Shown: piece by piece, positions 13,676 through 27,600 of the stretch
Layout of the letters: each line of letters opens with the position of its first letter
Position numbering within the stretch: position 1 is the stretch's first letter
Source: Octopus vulgaris
Taxonomy: Eukaryota
NCBI GenBank assembly: GCA_951406725.2
Contig: OX597828.1
Location: 39,432,001 to 39,496,000 of the forward strand
Direction: 5' to 3'
DNA: 64,000 bases
Translations under genes and position numbers: made by a program
The notes under the pieces: model-generated
The model's input: the letters and a program-made list of their open reading frames with translations, nothing else
Told to the model about the DNA's origin: nothing
The model's database searches: none

Positions 13676-16445
13676 AATAATATATATAGATGCATTTATA
13701 CATATGTATACATACATACTTACATGTATACGTATATACATATGCATATGTGGGCACAGGACATCACAAAACAGCAAAAAATTCTAAGTATGAGGACATG
13801 GAATATGAACTTTTTTTGCGAGCAACAAAAGAAACAAATAGAAAACAAGATAAACAACGCAAAGAAGACCCTTCATCAGTTGTCAGCTGTTTTTTTAATT
13901 CATATTTTGAACATTTCACAACAAGATACACCTTCAATAAAACATTTGCTCCTGCAAAGCAAATTAAATAAAATTTGGGATTTTGCAGAGGGCCAAAATT
14001 GGTGACAAAAATAAGACAGTGAAAACAAACAGGAAGGGCTGGTAAGCCTAAACAAAGTTGTGGTGGCGTACACAAAGAAACAAGCTTGGACAGGAGACAG
14101 ACAAGAATATGTCTTCCTTGTCCAGCAGCAACGGGAGAAAAAAAAGAAACACAAGTTAGGAGAAAAAAGAAAAATGGCCGATGGTCACGTGAGGAAAGGA
14201 GGAAGAGTGAGGGAGAGAGAGTGACAAACAGAGAACTGTGAAAGGGAATGACGTGCTTCATTCAGTTTCCATCTACCAAATCCACTCACAAGGCTTTGGT
14301 TGGCGTGAGGCTATAGTAGAAGACACTTGCCCAGAACCATGTGGTTGGTAAGCAAGCCACTTACCACACAGCCACTCTGCGCCTATGACAAGCTTCAATT
14401 CCCATCTACCAAACCCACTCACAAGGCTTTGGTTGACCTAGGTTTATAGTAGTAGGGATTGGACCTGGAACCATGTGCCTGAGAAGCAAACTTCTTACCA
14501 CACAACCACAACTAATCAAGGTTTTGGTCAGCCCAGGACTTATAGTAAAAGATGCCCAAAGGTGCCTGGCAGTAGGACTGAACCAAAAACGATGTGGCTC
14601 GAAAGCAGATTTCTCAATTACACAGCCATGTCTGCACTTTCTGCAATGAAGAACAGAAATGGCAAATCAGTTAAATGAAGAAGCAATGCAAGCAAATAAA
14701 TACATTAAGAAATAAAATAACATACTCTCATGAAAAGGGGAAAGGGATGAAACCAAAGTTTTTGGAAACAGAACTGCAAAAAAGATTTGTTGCACTCAAA
14801 AGAGGGCCATTGTTTGAAGGGTTATAAGCTCACTTACAACTTGTCCCCATAGAATACTTGAAACATCGCAGTGTTTTCACTATGCTGCCAGTATATGTGT
14901 GAATAGCTGTACCAAATGAATTCTTCAGCAGTGCAACTTTAAGAAATAGGCTGTCCTTAATTACGTTGGTACAAATAAAGAAGATTGAATTTCTGCTGTA
15001 GATAGGATAAGTCTGAACTCAACGACAGGCTCTGGTGGTTTCCTGAAGTGATTTGGAAGTTCTTAAGGAAAGAAGCAGAGCAGATGCTAAAAATTTTCTT
15101 TTTTTCTTTCTCTCTCTCTCTCTCTCTCCCTCTCTCTCTGTGACATATTAGTAAAATCACGGAACAAATAATTATTTGTTCCATGATTATAATCAAAAGT
15201 AAATCTCATTACACTCTTAGAAGAGAATGAATTTGTTAAGTGATGAGTCATAGTACAGTTTCCACCCATTTATCTGCTGCCTCACACAGCTAGTTTCTGC
15301 AGAATTGTAACAAGGTGTTTAAGTAGATACTCATTCAGAGACATTCAAATCAATCAACCATAAATGTATTAGAAATATTTCAAAGGCTTTCAATGAAGTT
15401 GGTTGACGATAAGTCAACACCTATGTGATCTAGGCAGAGTTGAAAAACTGGAAGAGTGGTTGTATGATAATATTTTAGTTTTAGATGGAAATATTGTTTA
15501 ATCCTTTAGCATTCAGATTATTCTGTCAAATCTAATGCTTCTTTATTCGCAGTTTTGAATTAATCACGCATTATCTCATAGTTTCATGATTTCGATGAGG
15601 TGATTATTTATCTTTAGAATGACATTGCGGTTGGTTTAAGCATAAAACAGGTAGAATATTTGAGCTAGATGTGGCCGGTTTAAATGCTAAAGGGTTAAAA
15701 AGTTTCCCAACCACATGGTTTCAGGTTCAGTCCCACTGCATGGCACCTTTGGTAAGTGTCTTCTACTATAAACCCCAGGTTAACCAAAGCTTCATGTTTT
15801 GATTTAGTAGCTGGTATCTGAAAGAAGCTTGTATGTGTATATGTAATATATGTATAATATGTATATATGTATGTATCTATGTGTGTGTGTGTTCCACTGC
15901 TTGTCATGTATATGTATAATAATATATATATATGTATGTATCTATGTGTTTGTGGTTTTTCCCCACTGCTTGTCAACTGAAATTGTTGGTTCAGCAAAAG
16001 ATATTAATAGAAGAAATAAAACTAAGTTGATTTGTTCAACTAAAGCCCTTCAAGGTGCTGTCCTAGGATAGTTGCAGTCCAATGACTAAAAAGTGAATGG
16101 AAAGATAAAAAAAAAAGGGCCTTCGTCCTATTATTATGACTAACAACTCTCTCAGCTATATCTTGTTTATCAGAAAAACAACCCTTTGTCGCTAATCTGA
16201 TGGTACCAAAATATTAAAGGCAACCTCCAAAAAGGTTTTGATGCCATATGCAAATGGACTGATGGAATATTTTCAAGCCCTTTTGGTATTATGATACATT
16301 GCAACCTTCTAAAAGCAGGATGCACTGAACAACTAGAACTCTATTTGCTTTGAATCTCCTTGAGTGATAACAGTTTCTACATCTATATCATGGTTGTGTA
16401 GCTGTGAGCATAAAGAGTGTCAGTGTTACCATAATATACAAATGT

Positions 16446-16661
16446 AAGGCGGCAAGCTGGCAGAAACGTTAGCACACCAGGCGAAATGCTTAGCAGTAGT
16501 TCATCTGTCTTTACATTCTGAGTTCAAATTCCACCGAGGTCAACTTTGCCTGTCATCCTTTCAAGGTCAATAAATTAAGTACCAGTTGCCTACTGGGATC
16601 GACCTAATCGACTGGTCCCCTCCCCAAAAATTTTGGGCCTTGTGCCTAGAGTAGAAAAGAA
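16446..16661 (+). mobile_element. SINE family B
   Basis: AAGGCGGCAAGCTGGCAGAAACGTTAGCAC head, B-box, core, GTAGAAAAGA tail. Confidence 0.85.
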
Positions 16662-17903
16662 TATGCAGATGTCTAACAACCCTACCTCCAAAAAAAGCAC
16701 CTTATTTATATGAACATTTGAATCAGTAATGTGTGTGTTTACCTATCTGTCTTTCTGTCTGCCTGTCTGTTTTGTCTATCTATTGTTCCATTTGCTTATC
16801 TATGATACCTGTTTGAAGGTACCTTCTAAATTTCTAAATATTAGTTTGTTTGTAATCAGTTTAGACAGAATGTAACTCATTACAATTAATTCAAAGTGTC
16901 AGTTTGAGACAATGATATCCAGTCCACTTCTTACCTTTATTAAATACTCAGGTGTTGAGAGAATTCATGAGGGGATAGAAAAACGACCCTTTTATAATTT
17001 TTTTTTTTTTTTTTTTTTTTTGGTTTCTGCTCTGCTTAGATGCTTGCACATCAGTCTATGTCTACTGAAGTTAGTGTGTGCTTATGTGTAATTACATACA
17101 TACATATAGGTGTATGGGTTTCCTGTGTACTCTCTTTTTGTTTGTTCATACTGTCTCCCTCTCGTTTACTTTATTTTTTTCTTTCTGTGTCATTTGCAGC
17201 TGGGTACTTTTTGTTGTTTTTTTTTATCAATGATTTAGCCAGAAGAGGGAGGGCAGAGTTCCTGACCCTTTTCAGGGCTTGCTTTATTGACTGGATTATA
17301 GGGAGCCAGTTATCCTTGAAGCCTGGCTCTAATGCTCTAATGCTTGCAATAAAGTTGATTCTACTGAAAACATCCAAGATCTGGGCATTAGTGTTACACT
17401 AAGTGATGTATTAAGTCTACCACCCAAGAACAGTTTTGCTTATCAGATTTCACTCATAAATCTTTGGTCAACCCAAGGCTTTGACAAAAAAACTTTTGCC
17501 AAATGTGATATACATTGGAATCTAAGACCATGTAGCTATGAAATCAGTTTCATTAACCACATACCTACACCTGTCTTCACTTCACACTTTTGGCTCTCTT
17601 TCTCTTTCTCTCTGTCTCTCCACCCCCCTCTCTCTCTCTCTCTGTCTATCTATCTCCCTCCCTATCTATTCCATTCTCAAAGAATGTTTGTTACTGATAA
17701 TGTTGTTGCTGAAAGTGATATACAGTGGAATTTAACTTCAAACCATATAGTTATGAAGTGCTGCTGTTGGTATTTTCTTTGGTAATGAGATGATGTAAAG
17801 GGATAAGTACCTATTGTGTATCTGCTGTTGGTTGTTTGACAGCCTTTTACAATGTTTGTCAAGTGATAAATACTGTAAGTTGTGTGGTAATATTTTACAG
17901 TGT

Positions 17904-18740
17904 TAAGGCGGTGAGCTGGCAGAAATGTTAGCACGCCAGGCAAAATGCTTAGTGGTATTTTGTCTGTCTTTATGTTCAAATTCCACTGAGGTCGACTTTG
18001 CCATTCATCCTTTCGGGGTTGATAAATTAAGTTCATGTTGCATGCTGGAGTCGATCTAATCGACTGGTCCCTCCCCCAAAATTTCAGGCCTTGTGCCTAG
18101 AATAGAAAAGAATATTAATTCATTATAAAGCGGCGAGCTGGCAGAAATGTTAGCACGCCGGGCAAAATGCGTAGCTGTATTTCATCTGCCATTACGTTCT
18201 GAGTTCAAATCCCGCCGAGGTCGACTTTGCCTTTCATCCTTTTGGGGGTCGATAAATTAAGTACCAGTTACACACTGGGGTCAATATAATCAACTTAATC
18301 CCTTTGTCTGTCCTTGTTTGTCCCCTCTGTGTTTAGCCCCTTGTGGGTAGTAAAGAAATAGGTATTTCATCTGTCTTTATGTTCTGAGTTGAAATTCCCT
18401 CGAGGTCAACTTTGCCTTTCATCCTTTCAGGGTTGATAAATTAAGTACCAGTTGCATACTGGCATCAATCTAATTGACTGGCCCCCTCCCCCAAAATTTC
18501 GGGTCTTGTGCCTAGATTAGAAAAGAATATTTTACAATGTTAAAGCCATTACCATGGTGGGGAAAATGCTTAACTTCATTTCTTCCAGCTTCACACTTTG
18601 GGTTCAAAATGCCACCAAGGTTGACTTTGCCTTTCGGGGTTGATAAAATAAATACCAGTTGTGTACTGGAGTGGGGGGAATGTAATCGATTTACCCCTCT
18701 CCCCTGAAATTGCTGGCCTTGCGCCAAAATTATAAACCAA
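17904..18740 (+). mobile_element. Head-to-tail cluster of about four SINE family B copies
   Basis: Core repeated at ~17995, ~18225, ~18410 and ~18625. Confidence 0.85.
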
Positions 18741-19114
18741 ATTTTTTTACAATGTTTATTAGTTGTGTGGTTACTATTTTTGTACATCTGTTAGTTATGT
18801 GATGATTACTTTTACCGTTTCTAACATGTTTCCTACAGCCATGAAGAGCCTTACATCATCCGTTGGTCATATGATAAATATTTTACTGCATTCATTAGTC
18901 ATACAACATTGTGTACTTTATTATACTTTACTACATCCGTTGGTCATGATGTAATGACTTGTGCCTTATTACTGTAAATGCTTTAATTGTTTGTTATTTT
19001 CAGCCTGTAAAATTAACCTTTGCTTATTTTTGTCTTCTACTTGTTTTCTCTTTTTTTTTATCATCATTGTTATTTTTATTTATTATTGTTATTTTTTTTT
19101 TTTTTGCTTGCTAG

Positions 19115-19189
19115 TTCTGACGATGATGACAGCCAGCACGGTTCTTTCTCCACTTCCCAAGATGCAATTGACAAAGAAAGGTTTGCCAG
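19115..19189 (+). CDS. ARNT: ARNT coding exon immediately preceding the bHLH domain (SDDDDSQHGSFSTSQDAIDKERFAR)
   Basis: Polypyrimidine-CTAG acceptor, AG|GTAAAT donor; DKERFAR is the ARNT motif that precedes ENHSEIERRRR; 75 nt, phase 2-2. Confidence 0.85.
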
Positions 19190-20911
19190 GTAAATCTCCA
19201 GATCTATTAGTTTGTCTGAAGATGAAATGAAAATAAATTTCACTGGCTTTTAACAACTATTTATGCTGTTAAAGAGACCTATGCTTCTTGTTTTAAAAAG
19301 CTTCAGGTGGTTCTCCAGGACACTATTTAGCCCTAGTCTCACTCCATTTCAAACTACTTGAATCTCCATGTTACACATTATCGTTATTAACATTTTTTTG
19401 TAAAGGAATGGTATGTGTGTGTGTGTCAGAAATGGTAGATTGCAGGCCTTCTGTTAGTTTTTACTTATATTCTAGTTGTAAATCATGCCAAAGTTAACTT
19501 CACCTTTCAGCCCTCTCCCTAGATATAAGTACCAGTCTTAAACTGAATTGATTCAATCAGCTACAGCCATCTCCTTCAAGTTACATCATCATCATCATCA
19601 TCATCATTTATCGTCTCTTTTCCCATGTTGGCATGGGTTGAATGGTTTGATAAGAACCTAGAAGCCAGAGTGCTGTGCCAGGTTCTGTGTCTGCTCTGGC
19701 AGAGTTTCTACCTTCCTAAAGCGCCAACCACTTAACAGAGTGTATGGCATGCATTCTCATGTGGCATCGGCTGGGTGGCGTTTACACTGGAGAAATAAAC
19801 TACAATAGATATGATAAAAGGAGAGGAGTAGGTGTCTTGCTGAAGATGTGAAGACATGGCTTGCCCACCTGGCAAGAGAGAATAAGAAAGAAAGTACACC
19901 AGATAATGAAGGACTACATCTAGTAGCAAGACACTACCAACCATTGGTAAAACAGATATGAAAGATCACACGTGCACGCATACACACCACACACAACACA
20001 CACACACGCACATACATACACACACATACACACACACACACAGAGGTAAGCACTATGAAGTAGAAGATGAGTTTCCAGTGACTAGTTTCACTTTTTTACT
20101 GTGGCTGTTTCACTTCAGGTGTTTACTAATTTCCTTGGGATAGGTGTAAGCATAACAACTCACATCTCTTCGTGCCATGAAGTTAATTGGATAAATCATT
20201 AATTGATGCAAGCCACTGATTATGAATAGTCAAGCAGAAAAATACAGAAAGCGCATAGACACAGTCACAGCTGGTTAAATCATTAGGAGTTCAGCCTACA
20301 AGCCAGAGGGCAATTATTCTTGTCTTATTAATGCATAGCTTCTTTTGCAGAGAAACACTTCTAATGGCCTTGTTCAGTCAGACATGAATAGATACATCTA
20401 TACACAGCAGGAACACTCTGTAACTTATAATTATTTCATTAGTGGGCAAAAATGTAATTCTTATTCGTGTGATCATGGAGAAAACAATATATGCAGATAC
20501 AAAGTTTAAAACAGTCTCCCCATGAACCTATAGGTTTACAAACATTACTGCAAAGTAGAGATAGAACACCTGAACTTTATATTTATTTTTCTTTTTATTA
20601 ATCTCAATATGTGTTTTGTTCGTAACACCAGTGATATGATAGCCTGAAAATGATTAAGACCAAAATATGATACAGTAAATCTTTAAACTAAAATGTCAAA
20701 TAGCAAAAAAAAAAAAAAAACCTAAAAAAAAAGACATATATCCCATTGCTCTTCTTAAAAATTTATTTTGTTGTTGAATTTCATTTATTTGTGCATTTTA
20801 AAAAATCCTTCATCAAAGTTTTTTTTTCTTTTTTGTGTACAAAAATCACCTCTTTTGTGGTTAGTCATCATTGTAATGAATGATTGTGAAGGGATGGACA
20901 GTACTGTGGCT

Positions 20912-20948
<37 letters not shown>

Positions 20949-21228
20949 GCAAATTAAAAATAAATGTAAAAATAAAAACAACAAAACAACAAGAATATAC
21001 ACAGTGAATGTATTAGGTTGAGGCTCAGTTTAAAATGGGGAAAAGGAGGGGTTGTGATATTTCAAGCATGGCTCTTCATCAGAAAGAGAATAGAGGAAAG
21101 ATCCATTGCTTCTTTTTGATGGTGGTCACGGTTGTAGATCTCATCAGTTACATCCAATCTCACTAATTATAGTCAGTGTTAAAGAAAATCTCTTGTCCCA
21201 ATTATACTCGCATGAGTATTACAAAACC

Positions 21229-21328
21229 NNNNNNNNNNNNNNNNNNNNNNNNNNNNNNNNNNNNNNNNNNNNNNNNNNNNNNNNNNNNNNNNNNNNNNNN
21301 NNNNNNNNNNNNNNNNNNNNNNNNNNNN
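21229..21328. other. Assembly gap (100 N)
   Basis: N run. Confidence 1.
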
Positions 21329-21516
21329 TAACATGTCACAAAAAGTGAAGGGAACTTTTCTGAAATCTACTGGCAAGACTGGCTTTTCCTTTTTCATCAT
21401 CATTGCCTTACACCCATTTTTCCATGTTAGCATGGAATAGGAACACACTCATACACACACATATGAGTGAGAGTGTGAGTGGGGGAACTGTATATGTAAT
21501 ATGTACATATTTTTTG

Positions 21517-21856
21517 TGGCTGTGTGGTAAGTAGCTTGCTTACCAACCACATGGTTCCAGGTTCAGTCCCTTTGCATGGCAAGCCTCGGGCCAACCAAAG
21601 CCTTGTGAGTGGATTTGATAGACGGAAACTGTATGAAGCCCAGTGTGAGTGTATATGTGTGTGTGTTTGTCCCCCACCATCGCTTGATGACTGATGCTGA
21701 TATGTTTACATCTCTGTAAATTAGCGGTTCGGCAAAAAGAGACCAATAGAATAAGTACTATGCTTACAAAGAATAAGTTCTGGCATCAATTTGTTCAACT
21801 AAGAGCAGTGCTCCAGCATAGCCGCAGTCAAATGACTGATACAAATAAAAGAGTGA
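21517..21856 (+). mobile_element. SINE family A
   Basis: Head, core and tail similarity to the 6970 copy. Confidence 0.85.
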
Positions 21857-22498
21857 AAGTGTATATATGCAGGCATAGTGATTTTGTGATGAAGAAATTT
21901 GCTTCACAAGCATATGGTTTCAGGTTCAATCTTACTGCACAGTACTCTGGGCAAATACCTTCTACTCTGATCCCAGTATGACAAGAGGAAGCCTTGTGAG
22001 TAGATTTGATAGTAGAAAACTTAAAGAATCGTATTGTATGTATGTATGTGTGTGTGTGTCATCATCATCATTGTTTAACATCCTCTTTCTATGCTGGCAT
22101 GGGTTGGGCAGTGTAACATGGAGCTGGCCAGACTCTAATTGTATGTTGTTGCATGGTTTCTATGGCTGGATGCCCTTCCTAATGCCAACCACTTAACAGA
22201 GTGTACTGGGTGCATTTTACATGCCGCCAGCATAGGTGTATTTACACAGCATCAGGACAAGTGCATTCATGCAGCACCGGCACAGGTGCTTTTTATGTGG
22301 CACCAGCACCTGAAAGGACAGGCCTGTATGTGTGGAAGACAGCAATTTCACTTAGCCCGACATATCTTATCAAGTACAGCAAATCACCGCATCTCCCAGC
22401 CCCTTGTCATTTCCTCACTGAGGCGTAGTGTCCAAAGGTCTTTTCTCACAACTTTGTCCTGTGTCTTCCTGGATCTACCCCTTCCACAGGTACCTTCT

Positions 22499-22574
<76 letters not shown>

Positions 22575-22589
22575 TGAAATCGAAATAAA

Positions 22590-23025
22590 ATTCGATGACT
22601 GTTATCCGTGCTAGTGGATCGCTAAGACCACCATCCGAGCATGATCATTGCCAGAGCAGCTAACTGGCTTCCATGTAAAAAGCACCATTCAAGCGTGATC
22701 ATTACCAGCGTCGACTTACTCGCACATGAAAAACATTTGAGCGAAGTCATTGCGAGTGCCACTGGACTGGCTCCTGTGCAGGGGGCACATAAAAAACACC
22801 ATTTGAGCGTGGCTGTTGCCAATACCGCCTGACTGGCCCTCGTGCCGGTGGCACGTAAAAGTACCCACTACACTCTCAGAGTGATTGGCGTTAGGAAGGG
22901 CATCCAGCTGTAGAAACTCTGCCAGATCAAGACTGGAGCCTGGTGCAGCCATCTGGTTCGACAGACCTCAGTCAAATCGTCCAACCCATGCTAGCATGGA
23001 AAGCGGACGTTAAATGATGATGATG
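22590..23025 (+). mobile_element. SINE family D (GGCGTTAGGAAGGGCATCCAGC core, (ATG)n tail, internal GGCACGTAAAAAGCACC-like repeats)
   Basis: Same element at ~12100-12450, ~26110-26580 and ~36155-36400. Confidence 0.75.
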
Positions 23026-23212
23026 AGGAGGAGGAGGTGCAGCAGCAGTAGCAACCCCAAGTTTTAGTAGCTTGGAATGGTTTCATAATGGAACAGTGGC
23101 ATACAACTACAGTAAATAACAAGGTATATGGTGTGTCTTGTCTTCATGTCTAATATAAGCTGACAAAAGAAAACTCTATTTTTGTATGTCTTACTTCATT
23201 TGTTTTGTGTAG

Positions 23213-23319
23213 AGTGACAGCAGTACTAGGCTACCAACCTCAGGAACTTCTTGGTAAATCTGCATTTGATTTTTATCATCCGGAAGACCAAGCCCATATG
23301 AAAGATAGCTTTGAACAAG
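23213..23319 (+). CDS. ARNT: ARNT PAS-B exon (RVTAVLGYQPQELLGKSAFDFYHPEDQAHMKDSFEQ)
   Basis: TAG acceptor, G|GTATG donor; strong match to ARNT PAS-B GYQPQELLGK..F.HPEDQ...DSF. Confidence 0.95.
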
Positions 23320-23399
23320 GTATGCTGTTGGTTTCTATCTTTTGTTTTAATTTTAATTGTTATTGTTGCTGTTGTTATTGTAGTTGTTGTTCAATGAAT

Positions 23400-23705
23400 G
23401 CACATGGCTTAGTGGTTCAAGTATTCAGCTCTTGATCATAAGGTCATAAGTTCAATCCCCGGCATTGTGTCCCTGCAAGACACTTTATTTCACATTGCCC
23501 TAGTTTACTCGGCTGGCAAAAATGAGTCTTACTAGTAATTCAGAGGGCCAGCCTTGTTCCAATCTGTGTCATGCTGAATCTCACTGAGTACTATGTTAAG
23601 GGTACATGTATCTGTGGAGTACTCAGCCACTTGTACATTGATTTCACAAGCAGGCTGTTCTTTGGATTGGATCAAATGGAACACACGTCAACCAAAGGAG
23701 TGCCA
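23400..23705 (+). mobile_element. SINE family C, degenerate
   Basis: Similar to the reverse complement of 10147-10532. Confidence 0.8.
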
Positions 23706-23829
23706 CTTAGTTGCTGTTCACACCTCTGATCAGCTCTGATTCCTGCCTTCTGGCTTTCCAGCCTTGCTCATCTTGTAATTTTTCTTTTTCTTTCATATAT
23801 AAACATGTGCCTAAGACTATGTTATCTAA

Positions 23830-24370
23830 CTGATGGTGAAGTGCCAGGCATCACAGTCCTCAATTAGGGTGGACCACTGGTGATGGTTGATGCGACAGGC
23901 ATCAAGGGATTTTTACAAACAGTCCTTGTATGGCTTCTTTGATGCTCTTCTGTTGCAATGGCCAGTGGAGAGTCTTAGAAAGGTGATGTTCCTTCATCCT
24001 GGCGACATGCTATGCCCTGCTCAGCATAGCTTTGACTTCAGCAGTATGGCTTCAATGCTGGTAACTTCTGCCTGATTAAGGTCTCCAACATTGGTGATGA
24101 AGTCACTCTAGTGGATGTTGAGAATGGTGTGGAGGCAGTGTTGGCAGAAGCACTCGCAGTGTAGATGATGACGATAAGTGACCCATGACTCTGAGCTATT
24201 TAAGAGAGTGGTAAGGACTATGGCACTGTACACACTGATCTTGGTGTCCTTTTTCAGGTGTTTGTTTTTCCACATGCATTTTTACAGTCTACCAAATGCA
24301 CTGTTCACTTTTTCTGGTCTGTTGTCAATTTCCCTGTTGATCTTGGCATCTGATGTGATGCTGCAATACC
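23830..24370 (-). mobile_element. RTE/BovB-type LINE 3' fragment, decayed
   Basis: Minus translation NSAFGRL..WKNKHLKKDTKISVYSAIVLTTLL.SSESWVTY...KKPYKDCL with stops and frameshifts. Confidence 0.85.
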
Positions 24371-24471
24371 TTGGCAGGTGAAGCAATGGGCCGATAATTT
24401 TATACATTAAGTCATCTATCTATGGGGTGGATTACCAAATGGTCTAAGAATTTTTATTGTTTATTTTGCAG

Positions 24472-24622
24472 TATTAAAACTGAAAGGCCAGGTGATGTCC
24501 ATTATGTACCGTTTTAGAGCATCGAATCGGGAATGGATGTGGCTGAGAACAAGCAGTTTTAGTTTCCAAAACCCTTACACAGACGAAGTGGAATACATAG
24601 TTTGTAACAACAGTTCTGCTAA
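24472..24622 (+). CDS. ARNT: ARNT PAS-B/PAC exon ([51 protein letters not shown])
   Basis: TTGCAG acceptor, AA|GTAAGT donor; in frame with the previous exon; hallmark KLKGQV..S...RFR...EW.W.RTSSF.FQNPY.DE.EYI.C. Confidence 0.97.
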
Positions 24623-27600
24623 GTAAGTAACAGAAATTTAAGAATATGCATATGTGTATTTTGTATGTATGTGTGTGTGCTGAGTTTAGACACAAGTCAG
24701 TCCTAACTCAGTAGATCTATGATCTAAAGCATTTCAACCATGATTGTCGTATCTTCTCATGCATTGTGTATCTCAGACTACATTTATCCAATGTATCCTT
24801 TCTCCAATTACAATGATAGAATGTGTAATATGAAGGAGATTTGGTTGCTATTTCATATGCCAAGCAACCACATAAAGGCTTTCTCATCAGCACACTTCTA
24901 AACATTGGATAAGTTTTTAGTGATCTCAGCTTTTATTTCCAGTTAGAATAATATCACTTCACTTCATTTTGTTTTGCTTAAGCCATGAATGCTTTTTGAA
25001 AATGGATTACCCATTACAGCTGCCTTTAATTGTATCAGGCTTCATACCAACATAAGAAAATAAGAAAAACACTTTAAACACATCAAAATTATTTTTACTT
25101 TTGGAAATATTTAGGATTCCCTTGTTCGAAAATATAAGGACACAGATCATGACTGGGGCTAAATTACAGCAACATTCATCCTAAACCAGGACTGCCATGT
25201 TATGTTGGCAAATAATCTTTACTCCATTTAGGACAATGTATTAAACTTTTGAAACAGGGATCATATCACATATGTTGATATTGTGACAGTGGAGGTAGAG
25301 AGATTTGTGGTTTCAATTCCAAGCCAGTCATTGTCAGATAAATTTGTTTGTTTATTTCTGTTTGGCACTCCATCACCAGATGCCTGAAAAGTGATAAAAT
25401 TTATGAGAGTTTCAGAAATGATAAACAAAAGTTGTAGAGGAAGAATGGAGCTACAAAAATCCCACAAAACATTATGATAAAAATATTTTGCATGTTAATT
25501 CAAATAGCATTAGAAAGGATTAAAATAAATGGGGGGGAAAAAAAATGAATTGAAATTTATCTGACAACCCAATAAATATTTACATAAACATATGACATTC
25601 AAAGATGGTCCGGGAATATACTGACTGAAGCATTCATCATCATCATCATTCAACGTCCATTTTCTGTGCTGGAATGGGTTGAATGATTTGGCAGGAGCTG
25701 GCAAGTTGGAAAGCTGCAACAGGCTCCAATTGTCTGTTTTGGCATCGTTTCTATGGCTGGATACTCTTCCTAATGCCAACCACTTTACAGTGTGCTACCA
25801 GTATGGATGCTTTTACTTGGCACCAACACAAATATGGTGTATCGGCATATGAGTGCAGATTATGTGGCACCAGCACTAGCTCATTTTATGTGGCACTGGC
25901 ATGAGTGAATTTTACGACATTGTGTAAATGAAATCACAAGTTTAGTGTTAATTGCACTTTAGTAATAATCTACCTCAAAACTGTAGAAATATGACATCGT
26001 GGGTGACATTGGCAGTAACGGTTGCTGCTGTTGTAGATTTGCCCTCATCTGTCTGTGACACAAATGTAACAAAGTGAATCCTTAGAAGAAAATCAATAAT
26101 ATTCTTCAACGTGAGTTCATGGCTGTTTCATGCACCAGCTTCACATAGCAGCCCCAGCCCATCCAAAGTACCTTGGATCGCAGGATGGCCTGCTGTGCTT
26201 GAGGAGACCTATTGAGTCAAGTACATCAACATCAAAATAAAAATCAAATGGAAATTGTAGTTTTGATACCCATGCCAGTGGCACATAAAAAGCACCATCC
26301 GAACGTGGCCAATGGCAGCACTGCCTTGACTGGCTTCCATACCGGTGGCACATAAAAAGCAGCAACTGATTGTGGCTGTCACCAGCCTCCCCTGGCATGT
26401 AAAAAGCACCCACTACACTCACGGAGTGGTTGGCGTTAGGAAGGGCATCCAGCTGTAGAAACACTACCAGATCAGACTATAGCCTGGTGCAGTCTCCTGG
26501 CTTCCCAGACTCCAGTCGAATCATCCAATCCATGCTAGCATGGAAAACGGACGTTAAATGATGATGATGATGATGATGATGACATCAGATATGCCATATT
26601 ACTTCAAATAGTCCTGAAACCACTCTGTGCACTTATTTATGCACTGAGTAAACAGTAATTATGTGGAGTGTGGCTCGGCACTTAGGCCTAGAACTTATGC
26701 TTTGCGTCAGTCAGTATACAATTGAAGGTAAATATGTTGTTGTTTAACCCCAGGTCAGCCTTGATCAAGCAGATCTTTGATCAGAGATGTTCTAACCTTG
26801 AATGTCGTGTATTTTTATATGTCCAAGACTGTTGTATCCAATGTGTCCTTCTTTGTTTCTAAAACAGTAGGGTTGTTGTAGTTTAGTGGTTGTTTTTGCT
26901 TGAGCTGAGATCGACCCTGACTGAGCAGATGTATAAGCTTTCCTACCATGACCAACCTGGTTTTTCTTTTTCTCTATATTCAGGGAATTCAAGACTACAT
27001 TATCCAGTATGTCTTTTTCTAAGACAGTGGAGTGTAATCCAAAATAAATCTGGCCATTGTTTCTAGCAAATTGAGTGACCACATAGAGGCATTTCAGGTT
27101 GGCTCAAACACTAATATGTTAGCTGACCTACATTGCTGGCTTAGGTGTTATCAAAAATTGTCGGGGACACATCACTGGGCTTGGGCCTTATGAGCCAGTT
27201 GATATGTTTTCAGTAATTATAAGGTGTATATGTGAAGGGTGTTGGGGTCACAATCATATGGCTGTGAGTTCAATTCTTAGACCAGGTTGTGCATTGTATC
27301 CCTGAGCAAAGCACTTACATTCACGTTAATCATCTCTACTTAGCAGAAAATGTGTACAAGCCTAATGCTGGTGCATCCCTTTCTTCTTCTGTCACATCTT
27401 CAATGTTTCACTAGGTCAAGGAATTAGAGGACCAAGAGTGACTACACTGGCATCTAATGCAAACAGTGAAATCTTGATACATATTGCCAAGTCATATTAA
27501 TTCAAATGTAACTTGTTTATATACATATACGTATATATTCCCTATGAAGTTGTTATGTTTGTCTGGAATCTGAGTTAGAATTAGTTAAGTTTTAGTTGGA

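Noticed and set aside
20351-20387. Candidate ARNT bHLH exon after TTTTGCAG
   Set aside because: Reads RETLLMALFSQT-stop, not RENHSEIE
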